64,000 nucleotides of DNA, from positions 209,374,001-209,438,000 of the forward strand of contig JBNRSN020000002.1 in NCBI GenBank assembly GCA_051313645.2. Reading direction: 5' to 3'. Each line of letters begins with the position of its first letter. Within the stretch, counting starts at the first letter, position 1. This document shows positions 61,204-64,000 of the stretch, piece after piece. A model generated the notes under the pieces. It was not told the origin of the DNA. It searched no databases and saw only the letters and a program-made list of their open reading frames with translations. Source of the DNA: Centroscyllium fabricii (lineage: Eukaryota). The position numbers and the translations under genes were made by a program.

Positions 61204-62430
61204 CCATTTCTCTCTCCATGGATGCTGCCCTGACCTGCTGAGTTCTTCCAGCGTTTTCTGTTGTTATTTCAGATTTCCAGCATCTGCAGTATTTTGCTAT
61301 CGTATTTGTGACTTCTTTACCTGACCCCAGACTATTCTCCTTGACAGCCTCTCTTGATCATTCCCTGAGCCTTCTGATTTTTCCTCACATGTCCAGTCTC
61401 TGGCTCAATCTGACAAACAAATCCATGAGCTTCCTGCCCCAGTGAGTACAATCCCTCTCAGTCTTCCAGTCCCTGGCCCACACATGCTCTGCTCATTCCC
61501 CAGACTGCCTCTGCTCTTTCTTAATTCCTGCCTCATCGCTGCTCTTCATTCATTTCCTGATCCACCCCTCTTCCAACCCCTCTCCCCGTTATGCCTGCTT
61601 CTTCTCAGGCCCTTCAATTTCTTCCCAGGCCCCAATTCAACCCAATAGTTTTTCACTCATATTTTGAATGACACAATGCTTTCTCTGACAATCCCCCACA
61701 GAGCAAGTTGTTGATTCTCAGTAGGCAGCAGGTAGGTTGTCACAGTAAGAGGTTTGCAGATTGAGCTTGGGGGCCTGGGCATTCCTATTCCCTCTGGGAC
61801 CCATTCATTCCTTGTAAAGCTGCTGGGTCCATCACGTTCACTGACTCAGTTTCTGCCATAGTTGATCCCTGTGGGAGATGCTCTTTTGTGAGTGATAGGC
61901 CATCAATAATCCAAGCGAGAGGTTTAAGGACTTAAAGGGAGGCTTTTAATAACTAAGAACTGTGGTGCATGTTCCCACACTGAGTTCTCCCGGTCGAATG
62001 GCTCAAGCCGCTCTGGAGTCCTCCATATAACAAAAGACAAGGGCGGAGCCCGACATATACAATAGACAAAGGTGAGCAGTACATACTTTCCATACATTCC
62101 TAGCACAGGCAAGTCCAGGGGAAAAGCACAGTCTGATGAACATACTTATTTCATCACAGTGAGTTTCTAATTCTATCCACATTTCTGATAACTGAGAATA
62201 TCCTGAAGCACCTTTGGGAAGATGTTTCCCTGACTTAATGCAATTTTTTCTGTAGATTCTGAAGCCAGGTTTTCTGTGAGTTAACATTTCATGTTCTGGT
62301 TACACATTCCCTCCCAGTCCCAGGCTGTCTGTTATTTCTCAGGTCCACTCCAGTGCTCAGACCCTTCCATGCATTCTCTGCCATGCGCTTTCCCAGCTAC
62401 AGTCTGTCTCCTTCCATTGTAGGCATGGTT

Positions 62431-63209
62431 TGTAGACTGCCTAGCTATGCGAGGGTGTGGTCGACAAAGCAAAACTGAAACAAAGCAGCCAGAGTCAGAA
62501 ATTCCACAAAGAAAAGATTTTTATTTTGAAAAGGTGCGGGAAAGGGGTTGGGGAGAAAAGGCAACTCAGGTTCTTCCTGGTCAGGGCTTCACTCGGGGTG
62601 TCCAGTCCTTAGTCGAATCCGTTTGGTCATTCCAGTAGGTGAGAGCTGCCGCACTCTAGTTGGGGGGTGACTGAGTCCTTAATAACCTCCAGCTCTACAG
62701 GCACATCACAGGTTCCAGTCTTCTATAGTATTCACAAGCTTCACTTCAAGAATTCCTTTTAAATTCTAGGTTTCTGGACCAATGGCCGCTTACCGCCCAA
62801 GGAGTAGGAGAGGAGGCTCTGGTCCGGGGAGAGGTTCGGCACCCTCTCTGTAGCGAGGTCCAACGTACTCTCTCTCTTTGTCCTTGTGCTCTGTATAAAA
62901 AGGCTGCCAGAGTGATTAGTGTCAATTAGAGAATGCGGCCCACCTGTGCTCGCATTCCCCATGCTTTCTCTGGCTGTTTGGTAATCAGGTCGATGCTATT
63001 CAGATGTGCTGCCTGAGAATGGAAAATCCCCACTCTGCCTCTGTGCCACGGCTCTCTCCAAGGTGCTGAACCTGTCGAGGGGATAGTTTGGAAGGTATTG
63101 GTCTTCAATTACCTGCCAGGGGTCTGCGTCGCCGATATGGTTGGCCGCCGTGATGGTTGCGGTGGGTTTATAACTCGGTGGAGCACCGAGAGCGGATTGG
63201 GGCGCCACA
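62431..63209. mobile_element. Solo LTR
   Basis: TGTAG...CCACA; 4-bp TSD GGTT; minus-strand AATAAA at ~62520. Confidence 0.75.
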
Positions 63210-63376
63210 GGTTTCACACTCCTCCCTCAGCCCCAGATGCCTACACCTCCTGAGGATCTGGTCTGCCATGCCCTCCCAGTCCCAAACCTCAACCCCCTCC
63301 CCCAGTTTCTCTTGCACCCGCATGTGTTGCAACTGGCAGGTGGGATAATCTGATTGCTGTCCTTTGTAAACACTTT

Positions 63377-64000
63377 GGGGGTGATTTTCATTCAGTTGGG
63401 TAGGAGGCGGGACTACAACTTTTGGGGTTGTAGTCCTGCCTCCATTGAGAATGGACCAATCCACACGATTTTAACTTGATTGACCTTGTTGAGCCCACCC
63501 AGTGGGCTCAGGAGGCCAATTAAGGGCCACCTAGCAACAGGTGATGTCACAGACTGAAATTTCATCTGTCAAGACGTCTTGACAGATGAAATATCAGTGT
63601 TTCACATCTGTTTGAAGCTGTCAAACACTGACAGTCTTACTTCTAACATGAGTCCTTCTCCAGAGACTCAATTAGAACGTTTTCCTGCACAGAAATCTGC
63701 AGGCTGTCACGTTTGACAGTTTACAGCCATTCTGCTTTCTGTGCTGGTGAGATGAGGAACCCCCGGTACCTAAAGGAAGGAAGGAAGGCTGAAAAGGTAA
63801 GAGAAGGTCATTTAAACTTATTTAATCACTTTAGACACACCAAACACACTTACCTTTGCACTCATGCACACATCACTCACCTGAACACCGACATCTCAAC
63901 CCCTCCAAGTCCTTCAGACCCAACAGCCCGACTCCTCTAACTTGGCATGGTTTGGAGCCATCGGGAAGCTCACACTTCAACATTAAAAATAGGGATTAGG
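63377..64000. mobile_element. Harbinger-type MITE, inverted relative to 24624-25467 and cut by the window end
   Basis: GGGGGTGATTTTCATT terminus; reverse-complement homology to ~24845-25467. Confidence 0.85.

Larger units (their letters stand above)
55619..61304 (+). mobile_element. Penelope-like element in partial-tandem arrangement: short copy 55619-56899, long copy ~56910-61304 with RT and GIY-YIG endonuclease; decayed
   Basis: 55619-56899 repeats 60349-61304; RT TTDVQSLYTSIPH, GVAMGTRMGP, YIDD; GIY-YIG LVYCTRCSRRGLLYIGETKRRLGDRF; 15-bp TSD tttgtgacttcttta. Confidence 0.92.

Overview
Eukaryotic (vertebrate) intergenic or intronic DNA, almost entirely nested transposable elements. The repeat repertoire (Deu-domain SINEs, V-domain/HE1-type tRNA SINEs, abundant CR1 LINEs, Penelope-like elements, Harbinger MITEs) points to a cartilaginous fish such as a shark; this is an inference. 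No host protein-coding exon could be supported. Contents: many CR1/L2 LINE copies; two largely complete Ty3/Gypsy LTR elements (19584-24068; 31841-36674, the latter with both LTRs and a TSD); six solo LTRs with TSDs; PIF/Harbinger remnants and MITEs; a TA-flanked MITE; and Penelope-like elements carrying minimal hammerhead ribozyme motifs. The most notable element is a decayed retrovirus-like insertion (~46557-54162, minus strand) with a tRNA-Arg PBS, a UGA-CUAG gag-pol readthrough signal and a tether plus second RNase H, resembling lokiretroviruses or spuma/class III ERVs. Also notable is a young Gypsy with no tRNA PBS but an LTR-complementary 9-mer in its place (candidate self-priming). All coordinates were read by eye; family assignments rest on recognised motifs, not database searches.
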